Assembly: GCA_963824495.1 (NCBI GenBank)
Contig: CAWGPQ010000008.1
Location: forward strand, 64,001 to 128,000
Direction: 5' to 3'
Length of the DNA: 64,000 nt
Source of the DNA: an uncultured bacterium
GTDB taxonomy: Bacteria; Babelota; Babeliae; Babelales; Babelaceae
The notes under the pieces are model-generated. The model was not told the origin of the DNA and ran no database searches. It was given only the letters and a program-made list of their open reading frames with translations. Shown here piece after piece: positions 31,005-41,134 of the stretch. The number at the start of each line of letters is the position of its first letter. The stretch's first letter is position 1. A program made the translations under genes and the position numbers.

Positions 31005-31853
31005 ATGAAAAGTATACATATATTCACATTGGCGACAAGCACGCTTGCCCTCAGCTTATTGGCCTTGCCACAAGCAAGCATTGAAGCTCAGCTAGTACAA
31101 AGGGTAAAATATACTGCCCTTGGGCTAGCAGCAAATTGGCTTGCAACACAAGCAAGCTCTATCTTGGCAGATCAGCCATTTATCGCTCAGGCTATCGATG
31201 CTGCGCAGCCTTATCTGCCTCAATCTATATCTCTTCAAAAACTCATACCAAGTCAAAACAAAACACTTTTAGAGTATCTCTTAAAACAACTACTGGTCAA
31301 TCCCGAATACGATCAGATCTATACTAATTTGTATGCTCTCGGTTCAAAATCACTCGCGCTTTTTGATACACTCAACTTTGCGCTAGAAGAAGTGCCAAAA
31401 ATGCCAGAAGAAAAAGTTGAACCGGTTACCATAGGTGATGCTGAATCAAGCCAAGCCCAACGTGCTCTATTTGCTAGTTTTTGTGGTATGACCGGTCCCT
31501 CAGCACCAGGCAGAGGAACTTACGTTCCGGAGACAAAAGTTGAGCCTTGCCCCTGGCTGCAGAGTGATTTTTGGTTGGGCGAACGGAAAAAATTAATAGG
31601 ACAAGGGATTGTTGCTGCCCTTTCAGGCTATTTCCTCAAGCTTGCTTCTTTGGGTCTTGCTCAAAAAATAACAACCGGGTTGTCAGTATCTTCACCTATT
31701 GGCAATACTATTGCCTTTATCGTTGTTAATGCCGTATGGAATGGCATACTCTCCCAAATTATCGGCCAAACTCAAACCGAGTTTTTAAAAAAAATGCGTA
31801 ATCTGGGAACTCAAATCGGTGAAGCAAGCGAAAATCTTCAGCTGATATCTTAA
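31005..31853 (+). CDS. Hypothetical protein with signal peptide and hydrophobic segments
   Basis: 282-aa ORF, SD AGGA. Confidence 0.7.
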   Translation: MKSIHIFTLATSTLALSLLALPQASIEAQLVQRVKYTALGLAANWLATQASSILADQPFIAQAIDAAQPYLPQSISLQKLIPSQNKTLLEYLLKQLLVNPEYDQIYTNLYALGSKSLALFDTLNFALEEVPKMPEEKVEPVTIGDAESSQAQRALFASFCGMTGPSAPGRGTYVPETKVEPCPWLQSDFWLGERKKLIGQGIVAALSGYFLKLASLGLAQKITTGLSVSSPIGNTIAFIVVNAVWNGILSQIIGQTQTEFLKKMRNLGTQIGEASENLQLIS

Positions 31854-32803
31854 GCTGGCAATCGTGATAGCCTATCGGCCACAAGCGCTCGCAAACAGGC
31901 AAAATAATACTGCGCATCAAGCGTCAGTTTTGTAGACTCTATAGCACGATGAGCAGCATCTTCCATGAGCGGTTGCGCGGTTCGCCGTAGGTGATAGACA
32001 AGCTGCTGTAGCTCCGGTCTTTTTGCAACCTCCTCGACCATATCAGAAAATTCGCCTGAAGGCCCAAGTGCAGGCTCACGCAAAAGAAAATCTTCTTCAG
32101 AAGCTAAAAATCTTGCAAGAAGATGTATATCAGCGCTCGGCGCACTGTCAAGATATGCTGTTAATTGCGGCATAACGCGAGAGCAGGCTTGGATGCCTGC
32201 ATTTGAGTTAGCAAGTTCCTCTCGTACACTTTGATAAAACTTTTCACCCTCTATCGTTAATCTGCTCGATCCAGGTAGTGCAGGCTGAGGTTGGCGCGTA
32301 AACTGCTGAGCATATTCTTGAAGGTCATGAATAACATGACGTGCCGACTGCGAAAGTGACTCATAAAGCCCAACGGGAGCCGGTCTTACGGCTTGGTACC
32401 ACGAACGATAGTATCCAAGATACTTCATCAAAAGCGCAAGATCTTCAGGTGTTGCTTGACCAAGATAGCGTGCAAGCGTCTGCTGCCACTCAGGCGTTTT
32501 ATCAACAAGATTTTTCCAGGGCTTAATACCCCGAGGATATTTTTTAATACAGGCGATGTAATAGTAACGATCATATGCTGTACCCGTTTTTGGATCGATC
32601 AAAGATTCTCCAGGAGTGGTATAATAAACACCTTGTGGGTCACCATACTGTGTAAGATTATGTTGATATATCCATTGATCAATTAAGTGTTTTTCCTGAT
32701 CGGTAATGCTACACTCTTGAGCAAAAACCCGAACAACCAAAGCAAGTGAAAGAATGAGGATACTCGTGTAAACACCCATAATCCAATAGTAAAGTTTCAT
32801 CAT
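31850..32803 (-). CDS. Hypothetical secreted protein
   Basis: Signal peptide; compact N-domain IDQWI..NLTQYGDP..DRYYYI; two similar helical segments follow. Confidence 0.7.
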   Translation of the reverse strand: MMKLYYWIMGVYTSILILSLALVVRVFAQECSITDQEKHLIDQWIYQHNLTQYGDPQGVYYTTPGESLIDPKTGTAYDRYYYIACIKKYPRGIKPWKNLVDKTPEWQQTLARYLGQATPEDLALLMKYLGYYRSWYQAVRPAPVGLYESLSQSARHVIHDLQEYAQQFTRQPQPALPGSSRLTIEGEKFYQSVREELANSNAGIQACSRVMPQLTAYLDSAPSADIHLLARFLASEEDFLLREPALGPSGEFSDMVEEVAKRPELQQLVYHLRRTAQPLMEDAAHRAIESTKLTLDAQYYFACLRALVADRLSRLPA

Positions 32804-33017
32804 TACGCTTCTCTCTTATGTTCTCTTATGTTACAGATACAGTATTACTACATGATCACTACATGCTCTTACCGGCGCAATAAGAATTATTGCATATAAA
32901 AATGACAATTTTTTGCCCACTATTTCTTCCTATTGTTAAAAATAAAGCAAAGTATATAAATAATTTTAGTAGTAGGGAAAAATAGATGTCAACAGTTTCA
33001 GACATATACAGCAAAAA

Positions 33018-33572
33018 TTAGTGTGGACACAGTATCTTATCAAAGAGCTGATTCCCCGATTCGTCATAGCCATCAAGACAACCATCTCCACAGCTACATA
33101 CATATCTGGTAGTAGTTATATTTTTAGAAATATTTGGAAGATATTCTTTACAGCTTGCACCATAGATCAGCCGTTTCCCATCTACATCAACACTACCATC
33201 TGGTTGAATAGTAATAGCACGATCAAGACAGAGCAGAGGGAGTGACGCCAACCCCAATCTCGAAACAGAAGTTGGCTTATTCGAGTCTAGCCCTATCGAT
33301 TCTAAGCAATAGAGTTTTTGATATCCTGTTGTCGAAAATATATGATTTTGAACACCAGCATCAACAGTTTCAGTGTGATCTGCATTAGGGCATGCACCAA
33401 AATGAAAGTTAACCTTTACCTGTTTGTTCATAGTATTAGATATGGTATACGTATAAGCTTGAACTTGAGAGATAAAGCTACCAAGATAGGCTATACTCAG
33501 CATCCACCATAATAACCACAAGTTTTTATGCACACTCTTACTCTCTTTAATAATAATTAAAATTTTATTCAC
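33018..33572 (-). CDS. Small secreted Cys-rich protein, tandem copy B
   Basis: Signal peptide; highly similar to 33678-34193. Confidence 0.8.
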   Translation of the reverse strand: MNKILIIIKESKSVHKNLWLLWWMLSIAYLGSFISQVQAYTYTISNTMNKQVKVNFHFGACPNADHTETVDAGVQNHIFSTTGYQKLYCLESIGLDSNKPTSVSRLGLASLPLLCLDRAITIQPDGSVDVDGKRLIYGASCKEYLPNISKNITTTRYVCSCGDGCLDGYDESGNQLFDKILCPH

Positions 33573-33677
33573 TAATATCAGTATAGATATTTACTTATAG
33601 GAATTTCAAGAGTACTATAAGCACTACGGCGAACAGCCTACACTGAGCAGCAACATCACGGTGAGTCCACGGTGGAG

Positions 33678-34193
33678 TCACCGTGGGCACTGTATCTTAT
33701 CAAACAGCAGATTTCCTGATTCATCATAGACATCAAGACAGCCATCCCCACAACTACATGCGTATCTGGCAGGCACAGGCTTAGAACTATTTGAACGATA
33801 TTCTTTACAACTTGAGCCATAGATGAGCCGTGCCCCATCTACATCAACACTACCATCTGGTTGAATGGTAATAGTCCGGTCAGAGCAAAGTACAGTACCA
33901 AATAATGTCGATGCCCATAATTTCGCAACAGAAGTTGGCTTATTCGAGTCTAACCCTATTGATGCTAAGCAACAGGGCTTTTGATACCACTTAGGCGAAA
34001 ATATATGATTTTGAACACCGGCATCAATTGTTTCAGTTTGATCTGGATTAATGCAGGCAGCAAAATGAAAGTTAACTTTTACTTGTTTGTTCATAGTATT
34101 AGATATGGTATACGTATAAGCTTGAGCTTGAGAGATAAAGCTACCAAGATAGGCTATACTTAGTATCCGCCATAACCATAAGTTTTTATTCAT
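33678..34193 (-). CDS. Small secreted Cys-rich protein, tandem copy A
   Basis: Signal peptide ..AQA|YTYTISN; CSCGDGCLD motif. Confidence 0.8.
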   Translation of the reverse strand: MNKNLWLWRILSIAYLGSFISQAQAYTYTISNTMNKQVKVNFHFAACINPDQTETIDAGVQNHIFSPKWYQKPCCLASIGLDSNKPTSVAKLWASTLFGTVLCSDRTITIQPDGSVDVDGARLIYGSSCKEYRSNSSKPVPARYACSCGDGCLDVYDESGNLLFDKIQCPR

Positions 34194-34301
34194 ACGCTTA
34201 CTCTCTTTAAATAATTAAAAATTTCTTTATTTATTAATAATAGTATAAAATATTGCTTACAGAAATTTCAAGGATATTTTGAGCACTACCAAAAATGTGC
34301 T

Positions 34302-35951
34302 CTACATGCGGCTGGGGGCATGGACACCAATAAGCCTCAAGCACAGGGCAAATGTTTTTTGAAGCTCTTGTATTAAAAGAAGGCGGCCTCTGCTTTGGGT
34401 AACACGTGCTTGATCAATAACCCGATGTACTCCATAGTAACGGTGAAATGCTTGAGCAAGCTCAAGGACATAATAGGTAAGTAAATGCGTCTGATAATTA
34501 TGACTAATATTTTTCAGCAACGCTTTGAGTGAAATAATTTTTTTCAGCAAAAGCGCTTCGTCTAAACCAATGCCAGAACTATCATTAATGGTCAGGTTTC
34601 TTAGTTCAATACTATCAGCCGCTTTCTCTAAAATACTTTTGGTTCTCACATAGGCATACTGGATATAATATACTGGATTTTCTTCAGTATGCTTAAGGGC
34701 AAGATCAATATCAAAGTCTAAATGGGCATCTGCTTTTTTGTTGAGATAAAAAAATCGAGCAATATCACTTCCAACCGTCTCAACAACATCTTTAAGCGTT
34801 ACAATACGACCGGCACGTTTTGACATACGTACGGTTGTCCCCATTTCTTTAATGGTAACAAGTTGATAAAGAATAATATCGAGATGATCTGGATTATACC
34901 CCAAAGCCTGCATAACGGCTTTTAGACGCACAACGTAACTATGATGATCTTGGCCCAAGACCATAACTAATCGATTGGCCCCACGTTCCAGCTTATTTTG
35001 TAGATAGGCTATATCTGCAGCAATATACGTCAGCTCTCCCGAACTTTTACGCAACACACGATCTTTATCATCCCCAAAGTCCGTTGAACGAAACCATAAA
35101 GCACCTTCACGCTCATAGGCATAACCCTTGTCTATCAGTATCTCTAGAGCTTGGGTAATGGCACCACGTTCGTGCAATGATTTTTCTGAGAACCATACGT
35201 CGAATATAATACCGTACTCAACAAGCGTTTCTTTGATCTCATTAAGCAGGTATTCTTTGGCATAGTGCTCAAAAAAGCTCTCTGGTTTTTCGAGCACTTG
35301 AGCTCCGTACTGATGAACAAGCCGCTGCGCAAGCTCTTGTAAATATTCTCCCTGGTATCCATCTTCAGGCATCACAACATCATAACCAACTTGCTGTTGA
35401 CAACGAACTTTAAGTGAATTACCCAGCCGTTGAATCTGTAGGCCTGCGTCATTAGTATAAAATTCTTTTGTAACAGTATGCCCCAGAAAACGTAAAATAT
35501 TGCCCAATACATCACCTATAATGCCTCCGCGACCATGCCCTATATGTAATGGTCCAGTAGGATTAGCACTGACAAATTCAAGTGAATAGTTTAAAACCTG
35601 CTCAGTACTTTCTAAAGCAAAAAACTGTTCACCTTCATGCATAAGCTCACGCAAAAGCTCTTGAAAGGCTGCTGGGGTCAAAAATAGGTTAATAAACCCT
35701 GGGCCTGCTTGTTCACTACGCATAACATATTCTTGCTTGAAGTCAGCAATAACCTGTTCAGCAATATCCCGTGGATTGCGCTGCAGCATTTTACTGATCA
35801 ACAAAGCATAGTTTGTTGTGAGGTCACCAAATTGCTGCTTATGAGGGTCGGTAGTAAGAACCAGATCGGGTACTATATCAAAAGCGTATGCCGGAAATAA
35901 CTTTTTTGTATGAGCAACAAGAGCAGCTTGAATATGTTCAATTACGTTCAT
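34302..35951 (-). CDS. argS: Arginine--tRNA ligase
   Basis: EFVSANPTGPLHIGHGR, GDDKDRV, MSKRAG, YIQYAYVR. Confidence 0.97.
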   Translation of the reverse strand: MNVIEHIQAALVAHTKKLFPAYAFDIVPDLVLTTDPHKQQFGDLTTNYALLISKMLQRNPRDIAEQVIADFKQEYVMRSEQAGPGFINLFLTPAAFQELLRELMHEGEQFFALESTEQVLNYSLEFVSANPTGPLHIGHGRGGIIGDVLGNILRFLGHTVTKEFYTNDAGLQIQRLGNSLKVRCQQQVGYDVVMPEDGYQGEYLQELAQRLVHQYGAQVLEKPESFFEHYAKEYLLNEIKETLVEYGIIFDVWFSEKSLHERGAITQALEILIDKGYAYEREGALWFRSTDFGDDKDRVLRKSSGELTYIAADIAYLQNKLERGANRLVMVLGQDHHSYVVRLKAVMQALGYNPDHLDIILYQLVTIKEMGTTVRMSKRAGRIVTLKDVVETVGSDIARFFYLNKKADAHLDFDIDLALKHTEENPVYYIQYAYVRTKSILEKAADSIELRNLTINDSSGIGLDEALLLKKIISLKALLKNISHNYQTHLLTYYVLELAQAFHRYYGVHRVIDQARVTQSRGRLLLIQELQKTFALCLRLIGVHAPSRM

Positions 35952-36243
35952 GTAAAATTCCTCAACCTACGCGCAATGGGCAAAAGCTATGCTATTAGAA
36001 TAGCAAGAGTAAGCACGTTTGGAAAGACAGGGAAATCGCATGACTATACCGTAGCCATAAGAGTTTTTACCAAAAAAATTAAAATCACATGCCCGGTGAG
36101 GCCTTTGCAAAGAGTGCTTCCAGAGACTTGTTACCCTAACGCGAATTCAACACAAGAGAAGATAGGCTTTCTTGCTTAATTGCTTATAGCTTTAGACAAA
36201 AGGCCTACAATAGTTTCACATGACGCTTTGCTCATCCTTAAAC

Positions 36244-37653
36244 TTAAGAACGTGATACTGCTGGAGATACATGACCAGGGGCCTGCGCAAACTGGGCAAT
36301 TATATCAGCTATCTCAGACGGAAGAGGTTGCTCCTGACCTACTGGTTGCCATGCAAGCTGTCCCGTACGACCTAATCGTGACACTCTACCAAATACAGCA
36401 CGACCAGCTTCTCTTCCTAATAAGTCAACAATAGCAGAACGATGATATTGGCGAGCGAGACCCAGAGGAGTCTGACCGTCTCGGTTAACAAGAGTAGCGT
36501 TAGCACCACGCGCAAGTAAGAGTCTAACGGTACTCAAGTTACCATTACGAGCTGCTAAGTGTAACGGCGTATTACCCTCTACATTTCGTAGGTTAATATT
36601 TGCACCAAAATCAAGTAATAGTTTTATTATGTCGTCATGTCCTTGAGCAGCAGCCCAATGTAACGCTGTCATACCATGACTATCTGGATGGTTAATGTTA
36701 ATTTGAGGGGGTATCATTGGGGCCAGTATGGCATAAGAAGCAAGCAGTTTACGCAATTGAGCAATCAACGATTTGGTCTGAGGTGATTGTGGTTGAGCCT
36801 GGGGTAAAGTAGAAAGTAATACTACCACGCGCTTGGTATCGCCCCGGGCGGCCGCATAAGCAAGCTCATTACCTTCAAATACAGCACTTAAAGCTTGCCC
36901 TGCGTATTCTGGATTGTGGAATCTTAAGATTCCCCTTTGAGCATATCTTTGAAGATCCCCTTCAGTTGGTATTGTTGCCCCATGCTCTATAAGCAATCGA
37001 GCAGTTGCCAGCAATTGAGCGTAAAATGAATCCGGTAGTCGCGTCATGTTTATAAGACTGAGTATAAGAGCATCATTGCCCCCATCATTGGTGTGATTAA
37101 TATCAGCTCCACGCTCTATGAGCATTTTAACTATGTCTATATATCCCCTTGTCGCTGCCCATATAAGAGCAGTGTTGCCTTCATGATCAGCATGATTAAT
37201 ATCAGCACCAGCTTTTAAAAGCAATCTAACTGTCTGTGTATAGCCCAACATTGCTGCCTCCATAAGGGCACTGTGACCAAAGTTATCAGCCTCATTAGGG
37301 TCAGCACCAGCTTCTATAAGTATTTTAACTATATTTATGCGTCCCTTATCCATTGCAAATAGAAGGGGATAACCACGATTAGCATCAGCTTTATGCTCTA
37401 AAAGCACTCTAACTATACCTTCATGTCCATCTCTAGCTGCCAATGAAAGAGCTGTCATGTCCTCATTAGTGGCATGATTAACGTCAGCACCCTTGCTAAG
37501 TGCAGCTTCGACTCCTTCAAGATTTCCACTTTTAACTGCATTTATCAATTCTTGGTTGGCATCAAGATTTTGCTGAACTTCCATACATTCCAAGAGCAGG
37601 GCATTACATAGCCACAGGCTAATCGTGAGTAATTTTATAGTAATTTTAATCAT
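36244..37653 (-). CDS. Secreted ankyrin-repeat protein with F-box-like C-terminal motif
   Basis: Signal ..LLEC|MEVQ; many ANK repeats; LPSEIADIIAQF. Confidence 0.88.
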   Translation of the reverse strand: MIKITIKLLTISLWLCNALLLECMEVQQNLDANQELINAVKSGNLEGVEAALSKGADVNHATNEDMTALSLAARDGHEGIVRVLLEHKADANRGYPLLFAMDKGRINIVKILIEAGADPNEADNFGHSALMEAAMLGYTQTVRLLLKAGADINHADHEGNTALIWAATRGYIDIVKMLIERGADINHTNDGGNDALILSLINMTRLPDSFYAQLLATARLLIEHGATIPTEGDLQRYAQRGILRFHNPEYAGQALSAVFEGNELAYAAARGDTKRVVVLLSTLPQAQPQSPQTKSLIAQLRKLLASYAILAPMIPPQININHPDSHGMTALHWAAAQGHDDIIKLLLDFGANINLRNVEGNTPLHLAARNGNLSTVRLLLARGANATLVNRDGQTPLGLARQYHRSAIVDLLGREAGRAVFGRVSRLGRTGQLAWQPVGQEQPLPSEIADIIAQFAQAPGHVSPAVSRS

Positions 37654-37860
37654 AGCATAATCCTTTGTATAACCATTTATAATATATTTCTATTTTTTAT
37701 TATGCGAAACAACAAGCGATAAAGTCAACAAAATTGAAAGCACCTTAAAGCTGCTCTTTTGTAAGCTATTTTAGATTAAGGTAAATGCATTGCCTATAAT
37801 ACCCACCCAAATAGAGATGAAGGGAACCTTTGATTTATTTTAAAGTGCTCGATATACTTA

Positions 37861-39021
37861 ATGGCCGTTAAGCACTCTATTTCTCACCTTTTATCTTTAA
37901 GGGAAAACATGAACGTATGCCGAAAGATAACTACTCTTGTCGCAACGTGCTCTCTTGTCAACAGTGGCCTGATGATCGCACAGACTGAACAACCCGAGCA
38001 CGAACTACCAATCGCCGCTGTTATACAAGAAGCCCCTACAATTAACGAACCAGCCCTCTCATCAACAATAACTCCCGAGGCACAACAGGTAACGCCTTTG
38101 GTGGGAGCTATTCACGAACGTGACCCATTAAACCCAGATGCCCTGCTTGACCACGGTATCGCCCATTTTGTACCCGAAGTAGCAATAGAGCAACATAACG
38201 CAGTGGTTATTGACGAGCCAGCTCTTGAACCAACAACAATACCTACGGTAACAAGTGAAGCACAGCCTGAGAGCGCTCCAGTAGAAAGCGAAAGCCCTGA
38301 AGCCATCACCATCGAACACGAAGTAGTATTTTCGCAAGAGACAGTAAACCAAGAAGTCGCTCCAAGCATTATCACGCATGAAACAGTCGTGATTGATGAA
38401 CCAGTTCTTGAACCAATAGTACCTGCCGTAACCACGGTGACTACTGAAGCACAGCCCGAAGCTCCTGCTCAAGAACAACCGCTTACTAATGAGCTTATTG
38501 AAGCGGTAAAAAGCTTTGACCACGAGCGCTTAATTGACCTACTAGAACAAGACATAGATACCAATACACCTGGTGTACGTGGCATAAGTGCCCTTACCTG
38601 TGCAGCAGCTCTGGGAAATAATCAAGGAGCAGAAATTCTTATAGGGCATGGTGCGAATGTTGACCTTGTTGATGAATATGGTAATACACCGTTGCATTGG
38701 GCAGCTGCCAATGGTCAATTACCACTTGTTGGCCTCTTGGTTAGTAACGGTGCTGATGTTACTCATACCAATAGGTATGGCAATACTGCTTTTGATTGTG
38801 CTCGTAATAATAATCATGCCGATATCGCTGATTTCTTCGCTGCCAATTATCCAGCAGCATTTTCGACTACCCTCAAAGCTACAGATCAAGTAAAAGCTAT
38901 GACCAGCGAACTTGACGAAGTCGATTTTGACAATGAATATGAAGAATATCGGGATATTTCTGATATAGATTTTGATGCAGACGAAGATTTTGTAAGCGAT
39001 ATGAACGATACTGATTATTAA
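37861..39021 (+). CDS. Secreted ankyrin protein with Pro/Glu/Thr-rich stalk and acidic tail (likely start 37909)
   Basis: Repeated VVIDEPxLEP..EAQPE segments, 3-4 ANK repeats, Asp/Glu-rich C-terminus. Confidence 0.8.
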   Translation: MAVKHSISHLLSLRENMNVCRKITTLVATCSLVNSGLMIAQTEQPEHELPIAAVIQEAPTINEPALSSTITPEAQQVTPLVGAIHERDPLNPDALLDHGIAHFVPEVAIEQHNAVVIDEPALEPTTIPTVTSEAQPESAPVESESPEAITIEHEVVFSQETVNQEVAPSIITHETVVIDEPVLEPIVPAVTTVTTEAQPEAPAQEQPLTNELIEAVKSFDHERLIDLLEQDIDTNTPGVRGISALTCAAALGNNQGAEILIGHGANVDLVDEYGNTPLHWAAANGQLPLVGLLVSNGADVTHTNRYGNTAFDCARNNNHADIADFFAANYPAAFSTTLKATDQVKAMTSELDEVDFDNEYEEYRDISDIDFDADEDFVSDMNDTDY

Positions 39022-39050
39022 GTTTACATAAAAGCTTTGAAAAGCTTACA

Positions 39051-39077
39051 AGGGCAGGTAACACTGCCCTATTTTTT
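39051..39077 (+). terminator. Intrinsic terminator
   Basis: AGGGCAG-GTAACA-CTGCCCT followed by ATTTTTT. Confidence 0.8.
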
Positions 39078-39085
39078 GATACTAT

Positions 39086-39181
39086 AAGCTGACAAAAAGC
39101 CCCGTCGTGGAGCATATCGGTTGTTATGATAGAAAAGGAGTACTTAAGCTATCAAAGGGTTGTCCACGACAGGGTCAGCTC
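39086..39181 (-). ncRNA. Candidate rod-shaped structured RNA, family unknown
   Basis: Nested stems GAGCTGAC/GTCAGCTT, CCTGTCGTGGA/TCCACGACGGG, TGATAG/CTATCA; mismatches become G-U pairs on the minus strand. Confidence 0.5.
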
Positions 39182-39423
39182 AGTTCATATGGTAGCGTAG
39201 CACACATGTAACGCAAATTGCAATTTCTATAATTTAACAAAACTTAAGTATACCTACTATCTAGTAATTTTCAAGGGTTTGCCAACGTGCTATTAGTCAA
39301 AAAAAGCCTATAGTTGTAGCTAGTAAGGCTTTTGGGTTCGCTATAGTATTCTCTGGCATATATTTTTGAATATACTATTGTATAAAAATATGCTATACTT
39401 TTGTGTTGTTTAATTAAAATAGG

Positions 39424-40497
39424 TTGGTTAAAAGAATTATGAATATAGCAGTACTAGTTTCAGGTGGTGTCGATAGCTCTGTTGCTTTAAGACTATTACA
39501 AGAGCAAGGACACACTGTTACTGCTTTTTACTTGAAGATTTGGTTAGAAGATGAGCTCTCCTTCCTGGGTACATGCCCATGGGAGGAAGATCTTGCTTAC
39601 GTTCGTGCTGTTTGTTCACAAGCAGGGGTTCCTCTTGAAATCATCTCGTTACAAAAAGAATACTGGGATGAAGTAGTTTCGTATACACTCCATGAGATAC
39701 GGCTAGGGCGTACACCCAACCCTGATATACTGTGCAATCAAAGCATTAAATTCGGAGCTTTTTATACAAAGATTGATTCAAGTTTTGATAAAGTAGCTAC
39801 CGGTCATTATGCACAAGTGCATGAACAGGATGGCATCTTTTTGCTCAAAAAATCACCTGATCTTATTAAAGACCAGACTTACTTTCTTGCGCATCTTAAG
39901 CAGGATCAGCTCGCCCGCGCTCTTTTTCCCATTGGGCATTTACGTAAAGAAGAAGTTCGTGAGTACGCGCACCGTTATGATTTGCCAACCAAATTACGTA
40001 AAGATAGTCAAGGTATCTGCTTTTTAGGAAAGCTCAAGTTCAATGATTTTATACGCTATCATGTCGGGGACCGCCCCGGCAAGCTTATCGAGTATGAAAC
40101 AGGGAAACTTCTTGGTGAGCATCAGGGGTTTTGGTACTACACTATAGGTCAACGTCAAGGATTACGTCTTGCCGGTGGTCCATGGTATGTTGTTGCCAAA
40201 AATCCTCAAGACAATATCATATATATTTCTCGATCATACTACGCTGATGATAAAGTACGTGATACATTTACGGGCGAGGACTGCAGTTGGATCTCGGGCC
40301 AACTTCCAAAGAATCGACAGGTGGAGGTTAAACTACGGCATGGGCCCTCAAGTGCTCAATGCACCCTTGAGCTTTTAAATGCCAATCGCTGTATCGTTAA
40401 GCTTGGTGATCGTGACCAAGGCATAGCACCAGGACAATGTGCTGTATTTTATGATGGCGATACCTGCTTAGGCTGTAGCACAATTGCTGCTGGTTAA
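39424..40497 (+). CDS. mnmA: tRNA 2-thiouridylase MnmA
   Basis: SGGVDSS, TPNPDILCN, ATGHYA, KDQTYFL, DSQGICF. Confidence 0.96.
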   Translation: MVKRIMNIAVLVSGGVDSSVALRLLQEQGHTVTAFYLKIWLEDELSFLGTCPWEEDLAYVRAVCSQAGVPLEIISLQKEYWDEVVSYTLHEIRLGRTPNPDILCNQSIKFGAFYTKIDSSFDKVATGHYAQVHEQDGIFLLKKSPDLIKDQTYFLAHLKQDQLARALFPIGHLRKEEVREYAHRYDLPTKLRKDSQGICFLGKLKFNDFIRYHVGDRPGKLIEYETGKLLGEHQGFWYYTIGQRQGLRLAGGPWYVVAKNPQDNIIYISRSYYADDKVRDTFTGEDCSWISGQLPKNRQVEVKLRHGPSSAQCTLELLNANRCIVKLGDRDQGIAPGQCAVFYDGDTCLGCSTIAAG

Positions 40498-40558
40498 AAG
40501 AACATAAGTCAAGTATACTAATAATAAGGGGCATGAACGCCTAAGGTGGTTTTTTCCA

Positions 40559-41134
40559 ATGCATAAAAGCTCAAAGAAACTTACAATATCAACAGGATTT
40601 ACGATTCTTCGCATTATGCTCATACCAAGCATTATCGGTACCATGATACATCATCAATGGGGTTTTGCTTGTATATTATTTAGTATAGCATCACTTACTG
40701 ACTTACTCGACGGAGCGTTTGCCCGCCTTCTTGATGAGCATACACTTTTAGGAGCATACTTAGATCCTATCGCTGACAAACTTCTCTTGCTGTCCTGTTA
40801 TAGCGCTCTGGCATTCGTTAATTCATCCTTATTTACGATACCCGTATGGTTTGTTTATGTAATATTAATTAAAGAGCTGTTTCTTGTTTTTGGTACTGCC
40901 TACGTTTGCCTGGTCCAGCGCTGCATAACGGTAAAACCTACACTATTAGGCAAACTTACCGCCGTAGTACAGATGTGCTTTATTATGAGCATTATCTTTT
41001 GTTCCTGGCTTTACTGGCTGCCAAACCTGCTCTTACATACCTTTTTGTGGCTTGTTTTAGCACTATCACTAGCGTCATGTATACAATATAGCATTATTGG
41101 ATTTAGAGGATTACGACTATGCTTTTCAAAATAA
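40559..41134 (+). CDS. CDP-alcohol phosphatidyltransferase (PgsA-like)
   Basis: TDLLDGAFAR..LGAYLDPIADK. Confidence 0.9.
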   Translation: MHKSSKKLTISTGFTILRIMLIPSIIGTMIHHQWGFACILFSIASLTDLLDGAFARLLDEHTLLGAYLDPIADKLLLLSCYSALAFVNSSLFTIPVWFVYVILIKELFLVFGTAYVCLVQRCITVKPTLLGKLTAVVQMCFIMSIIFCSWLYWLPNLLLHTFLWLVLALSLASCIQYSIIGFRGLRLCFSK

